A stretch of DNA of 61,529 nt, filler included, from Squatina squatina (lineage: Eukaryota): NCBI GenBank assembly GCA_031763465.1. It is 3 parts of 3 records of this genome, joined end to end, with 100 filler letters (N's around TTAATTAATTAA, not from the genome) between each part and the next. Parts side by side here need not be neighbours in the genome. Positions count along the whole stretch, not along the records: positions 48,170 to 61,529 come from JARFOE010000046.1; 2 more parts are not named here. One strand, written 5' to 3'. Of the stretch, positions 48,170 through 61,529 are shown piece by piece. The notes under the pieces were generated by a model. That model worked only from the letters and a program-made list of their open reading frames with translations, ran no database searches and was not told the origin of the DNA. How positions within the stretch are numbered: position 1 is the stretch's first letter; the number at the start of each line of letters is the position of its first letter. Both the position numbers and the translations under genes were made by a program.

Positions 48170-49548
48170 CATTGTATCCTTGTCAAATTTTACAACGGAC
48201 AGCCATTTTGGGCGTTGCACCCACTGATGATGTCATCGAGACACTCTAACGCAAACTTTGCAATTGAGGCCTTTAGGGGTTAGTGCCCATTTAGGGCTGG
48301 CATTAACGGGGGATGAATTTCACAGCGCAAAGTTTTAACGCCCAAAATCGGCGTTAAGCCCTTAACGCCATTTAACGCCAGTTTAGTGCCAAACGAAAAT
48401 TATGAATTGGGCGCCATGTATGCCTTATGCAGTACAGGACCAGCAGACACCTGCACATTCAACCATCTGATGGTTAGACAGACCAAGTGAACCTGACATG
48501 AAGGACAATCAAGATTAAAAAATGGGCTACGAACAATCATCTTAAATATGAATATTTTTTACTGTAATAGGCTCTTTTGACAAAGGACATGTCCTCACAT
48601 CCTCTTCTTCCTACAAAGTAATTTTTATGCTTTCCCATGCAGCTTGGCTTCCTGTCAGCTCAGTTTAAATGCCACTCTATAATCTAATTGACGAGATATA
48701 ATTCCAGACATGACAGATTTACTGGAGGTAGCTTTTCAATCCTAAAGAATGTCATTTAAATTTGGCAACGCTTCAGAAGTATGCCAATTACAGTAAAACC
48801 TAATCCAATTGCACTAAAGGATAAACAAGGTCTTCAGTAAGTTATGGCTACATAGTAATAAAGAAAATACTGCCTGGTTTTGAAGCAGTGCCTCAAAGAA
48901 ATAACATAACGTCCTTGAACTGATACCTAAAACCTGCAATTCAAGGTTGCACTTATACTGCAGCTACCAGTCTCAGAGTACCACCTCTGAAGTACCAGAG
49001 TTATATTGCCAGCTGTACCCTCAACCAGCTGGTGTTAAGGTCTAAAACAATTAACCAACTGGTGNNNNNNNNNNNNNNNNNNNNNNNNNNNNNNNNNNNN
49101 NNNNNNNNNNNNNNNNNNNNNNNNNNNNNNNNNNNNNNNNNNNNNNNNNNNNNNNNNNNNNNNNCTGAAATAGACTGGGCCCTACATTACTGTTTGGTGG
49201 CCTATAAACAACTCCCACCAATATTTTCTGCCCATTGCTGTTTTTTTGAATGTTGCAACTAACTATAGTATTCCTACTTTTATAAATGTTTTGTAATTTA
49301 CTTTTAAATTACAGTATGCATGATGATCAGGGCAGGGTGAAACACGTAAAAACAATGCATTATTTTGTCCAAAATGTAATTGACAATAAACTTGCTTTTT
49401 AAAATCTCATTCTGTTCCTTAAGACAAACATTGCACTGATTTTCCAAAATCCGAACTTCATCCTGGCTTCTCAGTTATGAGAGAACATGTTGTGTTAATA
49501 ATTAGATAATAATATTAGGTAATATGTAATTGACTACAATATACTCAC

Positions 49549-49640
49549 TCTTTGGGTGGGTTTAAGTCCTCTGGTCTTGTTTCAAAAAACTGGAGAACTT
49601 CATCACACTGAGAGATATGAGCTGGTAGTCGGATGAGGGC
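49549..49640 (-). CDS. SH3PXD2B: SH3 and PX domain protein 2 (Tks4/SH3PXD2B-like), PX C-terminal exon
   Basis: tttgcag|[30 protein letters not shown](E)|gtgagt; compare SH3PXD2[32 protein letters not shown]. Confidence 0.88.
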
Positions 49641-50415
49641 CTGCAAATAATCAATAAGCAATGAGAAGAGATTTTTCTGATCATATATTTAAAAGCAATT
49701 CAATTCAGTCCAAATTGAGGTCTTAACCTAATGCATCAAAATGCAGGTCTCCTCGTTATATTGAATTTTCTCTACTGCTGCTTGCTGAGCAAAAATATTT
49801 TCAGNNNNNNNNNNNNNNNNNNNNNNNNNNNNNNNNNNNNNNNNNNNNNNNNNNNNNNNNNNNNNNNNNNNNNNNNNNNNNNNNNNNNNNNNNNNNNNNN
49901 NNNNAGCTATATTCAGAAGGGAGTTAGATGTGGCCCTTACGGCTAAAGGGATCAGGGGATATGGAGAGAAAGCAGGTACGGGGTAAGGAGTTGCCTGATC
50001 AGCCATGATCATATTCAGTGGCGGTGCAGGCTCGAAGGGCTGAATGGCCTATTCCTGCACCTATTTTCTATACCCGGGAGTGAGATACAGGCTGGAATCT
50101 GATCGAGAGGTTTGAGGGATTTATACATAGAATAGTTAATAACTCGGCGTGAGTTACAGGCTGTTTTTTATAAATGGGATAAGGGATGCCTGGGCGTGAA
50201 TAAATATGTGGTATTGGACATTTTAAGAGAGGATTCCATCACTTTGTCCCAAGGAGTTGTACCCGCTCCCATCCCACAATTATCCCTGGAATAGAAATAC
50301 AGATGATACCTACAGGGGCTGATGGCACTAGAAGCTGTTCTTGGCCTGTGCAGATGATTATACTTGTACAGTTAATGAAGTTGTTGTGTTACTAGTCAAT
50401 GTGTGTGTCCTGCAG

Positions 50416-50568
50416 GAACTGCAGCAAGCTGAGAATAGCTGCTCGCTGATGGACTTAACTGAAGGTCAGATTGGGAAACTGCTGATCAGGAAGTCTGGGA
50501 GAGTGCAGCTGGTCCTGGGGCAAGTCACCCTGGATGTTACCATGGGAACAAACTGTTCGTTTCTGCAG
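50416..50568 (+). CDS. POLR3D: RNA polymerase III subunit RPC4 exon
   Basis: cctgcag|ELQQAENSCSLMDLTEGQIGKLLIRKSGRVQLVLGQVTLDVTMGTNCSFLQ|gtatgt, the RPC4 C-terminal domain. Confidence 0.93.
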
Positions 50569-51034
50569 GTATGTTCTACACAACATTTTCTGAAGCGCAG
50601 CAGCCATTTGCCCTGACCTCTGACTTTTGCTGGAAGGAGTTTCCTATCTTGTTTTGTTCCTTTAGCTCTGTAATTGCTTGACTGAAGCTCATTTCATTAA
50701 ATCAGGGGGCCTCGTGTTGTCTGATTGTTGTAGCAATGTGTTCTTCAGTGTATTTTTGAACAATGTGTCCTCTCTCCATATGTTGACTTGCAGGGAAAAT
50801 TACGTTTATTTCTTTACCTTTAACACATCTGATGGGGGCTTGTTGACTATGTGGTGTGGCACTGAGCTGTACAGACCAGGAGGGTCTGGGGGTTCAATCC
50901 CTGATCTGCGCTGGAGAGCCCTGTGATTGAATGGTCTGCCAATACTCGTCGCCTGGGCTCAGATGGAAAAAAATGGCAACTTGGCTTTGGTGCTGGAGAA
51001 CTGCTGTGAAACTGTCTCCGTGGTGTCGGCTGGG

Positions 51035-51435
51035 GCCCAGTGGTAGCACCCGCACCTCTGCGTCAGAAGCCCATGTCAAATCGCACTCCAGAGACTTGAA
51101 TACATAATTCAGGCTGAGACTTCAGTGTTGGAGTGTTGCACTGTCCGAGGTGCCGTCCTTCAGATGAAATGTAGGTGTAAAAGATTCCACGGCACTATTT
51201 GAAGAGCAGTGGACTTCTCCTGGTGTCCTGGCCAACATTTCTCTCTCAACCAATATCAAAAACAGATGCTCTGGTCATTTATTTAACTGCCATTTGTGGA
51301 AACCTTGCCATGTGCAAATTGGATTCTGCATTTCCAACATTAAAACAGTGATGACATTTCAAAAATACTTCATCGGCTGTAAAGTGCTTTGGGAAGTCCC
51401 GAAGTCGTGAAAGGCGGAATCTAAATGCAAGTTCT
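51035..51435 (+). mobile_element. tRNA-headed Deu-SINE (SacSINE1-like)
   Basis: Head cagtggtagcacccgcacctctgcgtcagaag, Deu core, and tail gtgaaaggcggaatctaaatgcaagt. Confidence 0.8.
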
Positions 51436-54400
51436 TTCTTCAAAGAACATGCTTGCCATTTCAATTTGCCCAAAGGCACAGAGGAAATCTGATCCGCACC
51501 CACCACTATTCTGAAGACAGCTTCTCCAATCAGAAACACAGGTCTTTGGTGACAAAAAAACGCGGCTCCCACCAATCCATCTTCCTCCTATGCTTCCACT
51601 TAACTGTTCCAACCAGATGTACGCTTCAACAAAGTGTCTGTTTATATTCTTTGAAATTTACTGTGAAAAGTATCCAACACCAGAGGATTTCAGTAGCAAT
51701 TTGCTCAGTTCTCCAGAGTTGTGCAAATGTCCCTGTCCATAGAAAGAAACATTAGTAGGAGATATTATATATCTGTTCTTGGCTAATGGTTCCTGTGGAA
51801 TCATTACATTCGCCAATTGCACATTTGTTGCTACGTAACAGTCTCATGTAAACTGCCCCATGGTTATCATATAACAGACTCAAGCTATTAAAGGGATGGT
51901 GTCATAAAAAGGGCATGGAATCCCCTTCCACACACACCATGTATATTGATGCTTATGCATTAGAAACTAATGAGTAGTGAAAGCAAAACTTTCAGATCTA
52001 CTACTAGCTTGTGAACAGTGCATCACCAGGTCACTTTGATCTCTAGAATCAAAGAGCTTGTAGCGAGGAGTTCAAAGAGCAGCAGCATGGAAAACACTTT
52101 GACCACATTCATATCAGCAGGTTGGTATGTGTTAAATACGCATGTTTCTCCCACAGAGAACCCACCACACTGTTATCTTACCCTATCCATTTTCAATGTA
52201 TTGCTCATTGTAAGATAAGCAACGTAACTTAAAAAAATGCTGACAAGAGGAGCTTCCATTTTTAATTGATTTCATTTGTAAGCCATGGTNNNNNNNNNNN
52301 NNNNNNNNNNNNNNNNNNNNNNNNNNNNNNNNNNNNNNNNNNNNNNNNNNNNNNNNNNNNNNNNNNNNNNNNNNNNNNNNNNNNNNNNNAACTGCCATCT
52401 GCAGCAGCGGATATTTAAACGCATGAACAGATGAGATAGGCGAATATCTGTAAAGTCTGATTCACATCCTACATCCTTTGGTGTGGCCCAAACCTTCCAA
52501 ATGATTACGTCCCGAAAAGAGCTTCACACTGGAGGCAGGGATAGGGTCTGTGGGACACTTCATAGAAACCAGGCATCCTGTTGCTATGATAAAACTCTAA
52601 ACAATCTGAGCTTGAAATGCGAACGTGCTATGTCGTAATAAGGCCAAGACCACACAAGGTAACTTTCCATTCAAAAGAAAATCCTGAAGGATTTCCTTTT
52701 CCTGTGTCACAAAACACATTTTTGGTTTCCTCAGCTTCCCCTGGTGCTACTCAGCATTATAGTGGACGGCGACCTTCCTCTAAAAACAGACAAGTCATCC
52801 GTCGGTTAGCTGAAAATGTAACTGCTCCCATTCAAAAGAATTGAAAAATTAATCAGTTGCTGTAATTAGCCTAAAATTCCATGTTCTTCACTACTTTCAA
52901 TATAGATGGCTTTTATCACAATACATTATTTTTGAATAGTTAACAGATTATAAAGCTCAAGGGGCGGCCAATTGGCACTCCGGCGCCAGCACTAATTGGG
53001 CGCAGAACGGGCATCAGGAGTCTAACGCCCGTTTCTGGCGCTAAATTCAAAATCGTGACATTTGCCTAAGNNNNNNNNNNNNNNNNNNNNNNNNNNNNNN
53101 NNNNNNNNNNNNNNNNNNNNNNNNNNNNNNNNNNNNNNNNNNNNNNNNNNNNNNNNNNNNNNNNNNNNNNATGTAGTTGTCCTGCATATTGTCAAAAGCT
53201 AAAGACAGCATGTAAACAGTATGATTGTGTGGCTGTTTTATTAAATGTGAATAAATACTGCCCACGTGCTTGCTAATTATTATGCCCAGTTATCACATAC
53301 TGAAGTAACACCACCCAGCCTCCCCATGTCCTGCCCCCTAGCTGACAGGGTCAGATCTGTCAGGACAGGACAGAGCAGGACCAGCAGTGGGAGCACTGTT
53401 TTCTACATAGAGCCAATTTTAAACCTACGCAGAACTCGATTTGCTTGGATCACTGGCATGTCCACAACAAAAAAACCTGAACACGAGCACCAAAACTCTA
53501 CAGTAGCTTCATAAAATATCAAGGATTTGAACTCTTGAAAATTCAATTAAAAAAAATGAAACTCACATGTAGCCAAATTGATCGACAAAAAACAAATATT
53601 CTGAAGAGTCAATTGGGGCTGATTTATTAAAATGACTGAATGATCACTGAAGAAAGAAAGTACAGGATACTGCACCAACAGTCAACACTGAGAGTTGACA
53701 ATTTTAGAGTAAATGCAGCTGAGATCTTAGGGAAATGTAAAAAAAAGGCACCACCCTTTGTCCTATACATCTCAATTATTTCCAGATTTTCCATTATTTG
53801 ATAGGTCAAAAAGTCCATATGCTTTACCAAGTTAAAAAAAACTTTGGTAACTTAATAGTGTTTAGTAGGGTATAGAAAACAATCCATTTGGAGAGAAAAA
53901 AAGATCAAACAACGCATAAAATTTAATTATGTACAGAAAAGTACAGTATTTCAGTATCTTGATACTGCATGCAGTTTATTGTACTGTATTACTTTTCACA
54001 ATTTCATGGGTTTTAATCTTGTATTACAGCTGCGATAGAGTGACAGAGTTCTGAGGAAACACAAGTCACATTTGAGTGAGACTATGGTCAATCAGTTATA
54101 TATTAATCAACACTGTATCTCTGTCATATTTTACAGTATATAATATGCTCTTCTGTTGATTAACAGCCACAAGTGTGATTTATGAGTGATAACACTGGGG
54201 AACAGCAGCCTTTACCTCATCCTTCAGGGAGTTGGTGGCTTTCCATCAATATTACTGATTGTCATTTCTTTGCCGACTGAGGTGAAGCAGTATTGTGTTA
54301 ATATTTGTAGAACTGCAGAATTGTTTTATACATAAACTACAGGGAGGAAAAGATAATGGGTATTTGTTTCACTGCTTGAGCTAATGGAGTCCAACTAAAC

Positions 54401-54739
54401 CAACTCCATATAAAAAGTGAAATAGCTCCATTTAGGGAATATGCATTTTGCAGAAGCTGTCTGATTATCACTTTTAAGGAACCATAACACATTTTAAGAG
54501 TTAAAGTGTAGCATAACTCTATCCACCTGGGTGGAATCAGTGAGCCCACTGCATGCATCACTGCACTGGGACGCCCTCCAATCCAATGGTGCAGTGATCT
54601 ACAAGCTGATTATCCTTTGCTACAGAAAGTAATCTGGAAGGAGGCAAGATCAGCTGGCAAGAGGTGTGCTACATCAAGTCTTAAAAAATGACTTCATCAC
54701 TCCCCCATGGCTTAAAAGCCAAACACACTACTCTGTAAA

Positions 54740-55030
54740 GTACCGAGTCATACAAACCGGTAAGGTGCCAGGTCAGTCCTGTGTTTGCTGGTCTCAGGGA
54801 CACTACAATTAGCATTAGTGACTCCTGGGTTAAGAAGCGAAGAACAAAATCAGCCAGGGTTCCCAGTCCTGATTAAGATCTAGTGACATCTGCTAGAACA
54901 TACACCTATGTAGATATCTGACAAGGATGGGATCAGGCTCAAAATGTGATGCCCCCATATTCAAATAGCCTGTTAACACTGGGACTGGGATAACACATGA
55001 AGAATGGCTACCTGAGTTAAGTACCAGTAG
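54740..55030 (+). mobile_element. Second, older SINE-like family; reverse copy ~55270-55580 and fragments near 34430, 42200, 50860
   Basis: Shared motifs cagaccagga..gg(t)tc.atccct, aatcagccagggttcc and ctagtgac..ctgctagaa recur. The family is not identified. Confidence 0.4.
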
Positions 55031-55811
55031 TGNNNNNNNNNNNNNNNNNNNNNNNNNNNNNNNNNNNNNNNNNNNNNNNNNNNNNNNNNNNNNNNNNNNN
55101 NNNNNNNNNNNNNNNNNNNNNNNNNNNNNNNNGTGCCTCTTTTAATATAGTTCATGGAAATATTCTATTCATTTTTTGTGAATGCATTACAAAGTATTTC
55201 CTCTAACAATTTCTGGCTTAATATATTTGTGCCTTTGAAAGAAATGCATTCTACCTTTAGCCCTCTCATACCTTGTATTAGTGGCCATTCTTCACCAGTG
55301 AGTCTGGACAATGAATATTAACAATCTATTTGTCCAGGGAAAACAAACCAACCCTGGACAAGTACACACACTTCCAACAAGGGTTACTGGATAATATTCA
55401 GGAACCATTGTTGATTCTTCCCCTTCAACGCCCAGTGATTCTGAGACCATCTGTAACCCTCCTCCCTCTCCACTGCAGCTCCAGTCAAGATTAGCTAAAA
55501 GAGTGCAGATTAAACCTGGAATATTCCTGATCTTCGTGGATCAATACCACACCAGCCAGTACATATGGCCACAGAGGCATTAAGGGGGAAGGAGATAAGG
55601 AAAGTCAGTACTGTAAACATGTGATCATAGCATTGATGCCACGAAGTAAATTTTAACATTTTACAACTAAAACACATTGTGCACTCACGCGTTTCATTAT
55701 GACTTTTGCAGACAAACGATCTGCCAGTTTTGCCTTTAGGGCCTAAAAATGTGGACCTTTTGGGAGTAAGACTAGAAAAGAAAAGAAAACTGACAGCATG
55801 TGTTACTGTAC

Positions 55812-55887
55812 CTGGCAGGAAAGGAATATAGCGCTGCTTGGGGTCCTTCTGGCCTCCTTCCACTGGGAACGTATCCAACAGCTGCAT
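55812..55887 (-). CDS. SH3PXD2B: SH3PXD2B-like PX exon
   Basis: tctctcag|[25 protein letters not shown](G)|gtacag; compare [26 protein letters not shown]. Confidence 0.9.
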
Positions 55888-58800
55888 CTGAGAGACGCAA
55901 TGAGTAGAATTAGAGAAAGCACGCTACCAACACAGTCAAATCGCAAAATATTTTCCAGAAGAAATGGGAAATCTATTTACTTAAAATATATAAAAACTGG
56001 AAGCTTTCCATGTATACCACATGAATTGGCTTTGAAACGCAACATGAGTGTATGTGCTGTTTAACTCATCTGCTTTGCTGCAACTAGAACTTTCAGTGGA
56101 TCTGGCTATGATATCATTTAGTGTATTTCACTACCTACAGCATTAATATATTCCACATTGCTATATCAATCCATACATCCATCCATCATTCAGCCAAAAC
56201 ATCAGATGCAGAAATTTTTCAATATAAACTGAGATTTTTATTATTGAGTTTTTAAAAAAATGACAGAGAACCAAATATTTGGTGATACTTAGAACGACAT
56301 AGAAGTTTTTTGCTTGCGCTCGCTGCCCCATATCAGCTCCCGGTTAAGCAATACCACGATTTCAAAATTCTTATCCTTGTTTTCAAATCCCTCCATGGCC
56401 TCTCCCCTCCTTCTCTCCGTGATCTCCTTCAGACCCACAACCCCCGAGATGTCTGCTCTCCTCTAATTCTGCCCTCTTGAGCATCCCTGATTATAATCGC
56501 TCAACCATTGGTGGCCATGCCTTCTACCGGCTCAGCCCTAAGCTCTGGAACTCATTCCCTGCCACCTGCCCTAATTTCTTCTTATGTGGCTCAGTGTCAA
56601 ATTTTTAAAAAAAATTTGTTCCTGGGATGTGGGTGTCACTGGCAAGGCCAGGATNNNNNNNNNNNNNNNNNNNNNNNNNNNNNNNNNNNNNNNNNNNNNN
56701 NNNNNNNNNNNNNNNNNNNNNNNNNNNNNNNNNNNNNNNNNNNNNNNNNNNNNNNNNNNNNNNNNNNNNNNNNNNNNNNNNNNNNNNNNNNNNNNNNNNN
56801 NNNNNNNNNNNNNNNNNNNNNNNNNNNNNNNNNNNNNNNNNNNNNNNNNNNNNNNNNNNNNNNNNNNNNNNNNNNNNNNNNNNNNNNNNNNNNNNNNNNN
56901 NNNNNNNNNNNNNNNNNNNNNNNNNNNNNNNNNNNNNNNNNNNNNNNNNCTGGCTTCCCGCCCAGCAGTTAAAATCCCTCCTGATGTACTGAAGAAAAAA
57001 GAATAAGAAAAATGAAGACGATGGGAGAGCCTGAAGAAAGGAAGAAACAAAAATAAAGTCTAGAAAGATAAAAGAACAAAAAATTGAAAGGCGAAACAAA
57101 AGGGAAAATGAAGAGCTTACACGAACTGGTGACATTCAAAGAAGTGACGTCTGAGCCATACTGAGATTATTCACAGGGGCCTTTTTTTAAATCCTTCTTC
57201 CCCAGCATAACGATTTCCTGTAAAGGAGGTGTATGTAGCTCCAATAAATGGTGAGAAAGATTAAAATTTGCGCACGAGCAACATATACTCTTAGCATCAA
57301 ACTTAACCCCTTTGCTTTCAACAATATGCTTTAAAGAGTACCCTGAAATCTAAAAGAAACTAAGTGAGAGGTCCACCAGTTTGCAGACAAAACAATAGAG
57401 TGGATTTGGGTTTATAAAAGTTGTCGCGGAACTCCTAAAAATGTGGCTGGGTGCCAGATGCCAGGATTGTTCAGCCACCACAAGTCTGCACGCTCTCCAC
57501 GCAGGAGTAACAAAAGTCGTCTTCATTTGAGGACAGAACAATCGCATGGCTGTCCAGGGCAGCTCCAAAATATGCTACTGTATCCTTTTAGGTTTAAATG
57601 AATCATTAGAACTGAATGCTACTTTTTAACATTATAACTAAGAGTCTCCACTCAAACAAGAGGATATTTGTATGGGTCCAGTATTCCGTTGCATGGCCAC
57701 ACAGTAAATGGGTCTACTTCCAAAAAGCCTGCAGCAACAAAATAACAAGAGGCCAATACTGAGAAACCTGTTCCAAATAAAATAAGAGGATCTGCTTAAA
57801 GTACTGCTGGTGTTTCTAAAAATCAGGATTCCATTTCTTCAACCTGTTACCAAAACAGGAATTTATCTTCACAAAAGAACTTCTGCTCTTCAGATGGTTC
57901 AGATGAAGACAAGGTGTACACTTGTACATATCCTTGGAGGAGAGACTCAGTCCAAATTTGAAGTGGTTTAGTCTCCAAGTTCAAATGAATCAATGGAAAT
58001 ACATTTATCCCACAGAAATTTGCCCCAGCCTAGAAACTGTATGCTTTCTCATAGAAAATTTTTCCTGGGCACCTGATATGAAACTACTTATTTGTATATG
58101 AAGTACACCATCCTGCCACAAGCAACCAATTTCCGGGATTCCTTCCTTTGTATAAAAGGTTCCTTACTCATGCAGGAATTCCCCCCATATTAATTGTGTA
58201 CTTAATATCACTTTGGAATCCACATCAGCATATTTAAAAGGGTTGCAGAATGCAAGATTTCCAAGTTCAAAATTTCTAAGTTGCCTCTGGGACTTCAAGA
58301 ACCTTGTCTGGTCCTAAGAAAAACTAAGACTCTTCCCAAATTAATTTTATGGTTCATACGGGAGGCAGAAAGCATGTGATGGCAAGTATTCTATATTTTN
58401 NNNNNNNNNNNNNNNNNNNNNNNNNNNNNNNNNNNNNNNNNNNNNNNNNNNNNNNNNNNNNNNNNNNNNNNNNNNNNNNNNNNNNNNNNNNNNNNNNNNT
58501 GATCTATCTTTCTCCTTTATAAGTCACAGGGGAATCTCCACATTAACATGGATCTGACAGAGACGTTCTACAATAGAGTAGTAACTCTTTTCCCCAATTA
58601 ACCAGCCAACGGCAGCAGAGAAAACAGATATATTTCTGTTCAAAAGACCTCATGGCTAAAGAATGCATCCTCCACCGTAAGACCAATAGAAATTGCTTCT
58701 AGCCCTCCATATAGACAACTAGAGAAAATAGGTATGCACTCTAAAATAAGACCAAGAACTCTTAACTTTTCCACCACCACCAATGGCCTATCAGAAATTG

Positions 58801-61253
58801 GTAGTTCTTGCTTCCCCTCCCAGAGCACGTAATGGTGTGGGTCAGCTGAAGCTCCACAAATCATTGTTAGCTTGCATTCTTTTCCTGATCCCCTAAACTA
58901 GCATCAGTATAACAGCGATTTTATCACAAAGCTAATGCAATATAGCTGGAGGCATAATACAAATCAGAAGGACCTCCATTATGTGTCCAACTATTATTCT
59001 GGATTTTTTTTTAGGTTCCATCTTTCAGACAAGAGGTAAACCAAGGCCCCATCTACTCTATCTGGTGTATGAAAAAGTTCCCATGACATTTTTCAAAGAA
59101 GAGCAGGGGAGTTCGCCCTGTGTACTGGCCCAAATTTTCCCTCAACCAACATCCTTAAATGGGACTATCTGGTCATTTATCTCACTGCTGTTGGTGCATA
59201 AATTGACTGCCGTGTTCCTTTATATTAAAATAGTGATTGCACTTCAAAAGTACTTTAATGACTGCAAAATGCTTTGGGATGTTCTGAGGTCATAAAGGGT
59301 GCTATATAAATGCAGATTCTTTCTTTCTTGTTGATCTTTACTGCACTACAGAAACAGAATAGTTAAACATTTCAGAAAATGCTCCAAATCATTAAAATCA
59401 CTCTCCACGCATGTCAGGCTACATAAATGACTCCAGAGTCTAACATGTTTTGACATCCAGATCGTTGCCAGTTCTAAGTACTCAGGCTCCAAGCACAAGG
59501 TTTTTGGCAGCTGAAAATGGATAGCCCAACTTTTACCTTGAATACTGAAAACAATGGCTATAATATTGCAAGATAGTAGTGTCTAAGGGGCAGAGCCAGC
59601 TACACTCACTGCTTGGAGTTTGTGAAAGGAAAATACTTCCTGCTGTGAATGAACTGCTGGCATAATACAAGGCTAGACATTAATCAGTCTGTAAGTAGAT
59701 ACCAGACAAAAGATGCTGGTTTTGCAGCAGAACGATTCTTCACTTTCAACACAAGCATTTTGAGATTTGGCTTCCATAAATTCTCCATTTCAACCTTCTA
59801 CCAATTTAATAGCACAAGCACAGTACTTACGACAAAAGAGATTACTGATAATGTGTTCAAGGGTATGTCATTTACAATTCTGGCGCTCAAAATCTTGACC
59901 ATTCTAGTACCAAAGAGTGCTTTTGTGGTGAATCACCCGAGAATTGTCCCATAATTCAGTCAAGTGGGACACCTGCATGAAACAACTAATTCTTACAACA
60001 GAAAGTGTGAACTGTGCCATTATTTTCTGAAAAAAGTGATGTTTATTTAGTTTTTAAAACTTCATTGTACTTGAGGCAGTTACCATGTAGTAACCAAGAT
60101 ATATGGGGCAAAACCCCTACCTGGAAAGAATTGAGAAAAGGCTGGGTTGTCTACATTTTTTAACGGATCTGGAAATTACGTCTGCATGCCTGTTTACTGA
60201 CCAGAATCTGAATGCAGCTATTTCAGTTCCCTCAGCAATTCTCAGTCAACTCAAAGTGCAAGCAAATTAGCAGTTCATTTATATCNNNNNNNNNNNNNNN
60301 NNNNNNNNNNNNNNNNNNNNNNNNNNNNNNNNNNNNNNNNNNNNNNNNNNNNNNNNNNNNNNNNNNNNNNNNNNNNNNNNNNNNNCTCCTCTGACCAAGC
60401 GTTTGGTCTCCTCCTTTGGCTCGGTATCACTTTTTGTCTCATTTACACTCCTGTGAGGCGCCTTGGGACGTTTCACTACTTTAAAGGTGCTATACAAATG
60501 CAAGTTGTTGTTGCTGTCTTGCTTTGATTAGTTATGAGTGACATTTGTCAGATTTTGACTTAATTGTGCATTGTATGTTTCTGAGATTCTTTTGGGCTTC
60601 AAAGCCAAGGAGTGGGTGCAAGTGTTGCACAATAACCAGACTGTCCCGTTAACCTCTTCTCGCCAGGCAGTTGTAACATCAGGGGCTGGTGGAAAATCTT
60701 ACCCCAATGTCTGAGTTCAGACGAGCTTTTGTTTAAAATTGGGCAAATTTCTGAAATGTGGAACTGTTTTATTATTTTTTAAATTAATCTGAAATGCTGC
60801 TGAAAAATTGAGCTTTTTCCTATTGTGAAACCTGTAGTGTATCTTACTGTTTTTGGTTAATTCTACTTTTTAATAAACCGAATTCATAACTTTTGACCAG
60901 AGCTCTGCGTCTGGCTGTGTCACATTCGCCAACAGTTTGGAAAGATCCAGAGCAGACAGTGGGTAAGCTGTATTATTTGTGGCAGACAGGTTCATTGTTC
61001 ACCCTGTGGCAACATCATCTGCATATTGTGTGCATAAAGTCAAGCTTCAGTTCATAGGAAACATAGCCTTGACTGTGGAGGCCAACAATGTGTTGAACCT
61101 GAGTAAAACTATTGGCAAGAATAAAGAACTGTAACAATTATGTACATACGTAAACTCTTTTAAGATACCAAGACTGTTAATTTATGAAACTGTTGACATA
61201 GAACTCTATCTTCTTTCTTTGCCACTATTCTGTGGGTGTAATCCAAACCTTAC

Positions 61254-61334
61254 CTGCAGATTGAAGAACCTGCTGTAGCGTCTGTAGATGACCTCTGTGG
61301 AACCATTGGACCAGGTGACTTGAATGATGTAAAC
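61254..61334 (-). CDS. SH3PXD2B: SH3PXD2B-like PX exon
   Basis: ttttctttcag|[27 protein letters not shown]|gtaagg contains the PX RRYS motif and splices in frame to 55887. Confidence 0.92.
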
Positions 61335-61529
61335 CTGAAAGAAAAGAAAATTGATCAGGAAAGAATCTCATCACAGCGAGATCATGTGATTTGCTGCTAT
61401 TACCCCCACCATCCTCATCACATCATCCCAGCCAAATACCAAATTTGTTTCTTATGTTTCAATGTAAACTATATGAATTAAGTGATGAGCACAACTCCAG
61501 AAGTACTCGACTTAAAATGGAGTTTCCTT

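Noticed and set aside
59649-59975. 101-aa + strand ORF and coding-looking minus strand
   Set aside because: No recognisable motif, and the minus-strand frames contain stops.

Overview
This is eukaryotic, repeat-rich vertebrate DNA, most likely a cartilaginous fish (shark). That call is inferred from abundant SacSINE1-like Deu-SINEs, CR1/L2/Penelope/RTE fragments and the genes present. The window is a patchwork of short contigs joined by runs of N, mostly 100 N. Two artificial N44-TTAATTAATTAA-N44 linkers (27681, 48114) split it into three blocks whose adjacency is probably not biological. Block 1 holds a C2H2 zinc-finger relic, 8 visible exons of a divergent sortilin (Vps10p) paralogue (+), one FAM3 exon (+), the 3' exons of PUS7L (+), two 33-bp minisatellites and an unidentified exon pair. 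Block 2 holds a CpG-rich promoter-like segment, the last exon of a KCNK13-like (THIK) K2P channel (+) convergent with an intron-containing EpCAM/TROP2-like gene (-), and a Harbinger-type Myb/SANT ORF. Block 3 holds three PX-domain exons of an SH3PXD2B-like (Tks4) gene (-), with a POLR3D exon (+) scaffolded between them. I found no prokaryotic system, CRISPR array, rRNA or bona fide tRNA gene, and no clearly new biological system. The best leads are several divergent paralogues (possible genome-duplication copies lost in mammals) and orphan exons. All protein comparisons are from memory and need database confirmation.
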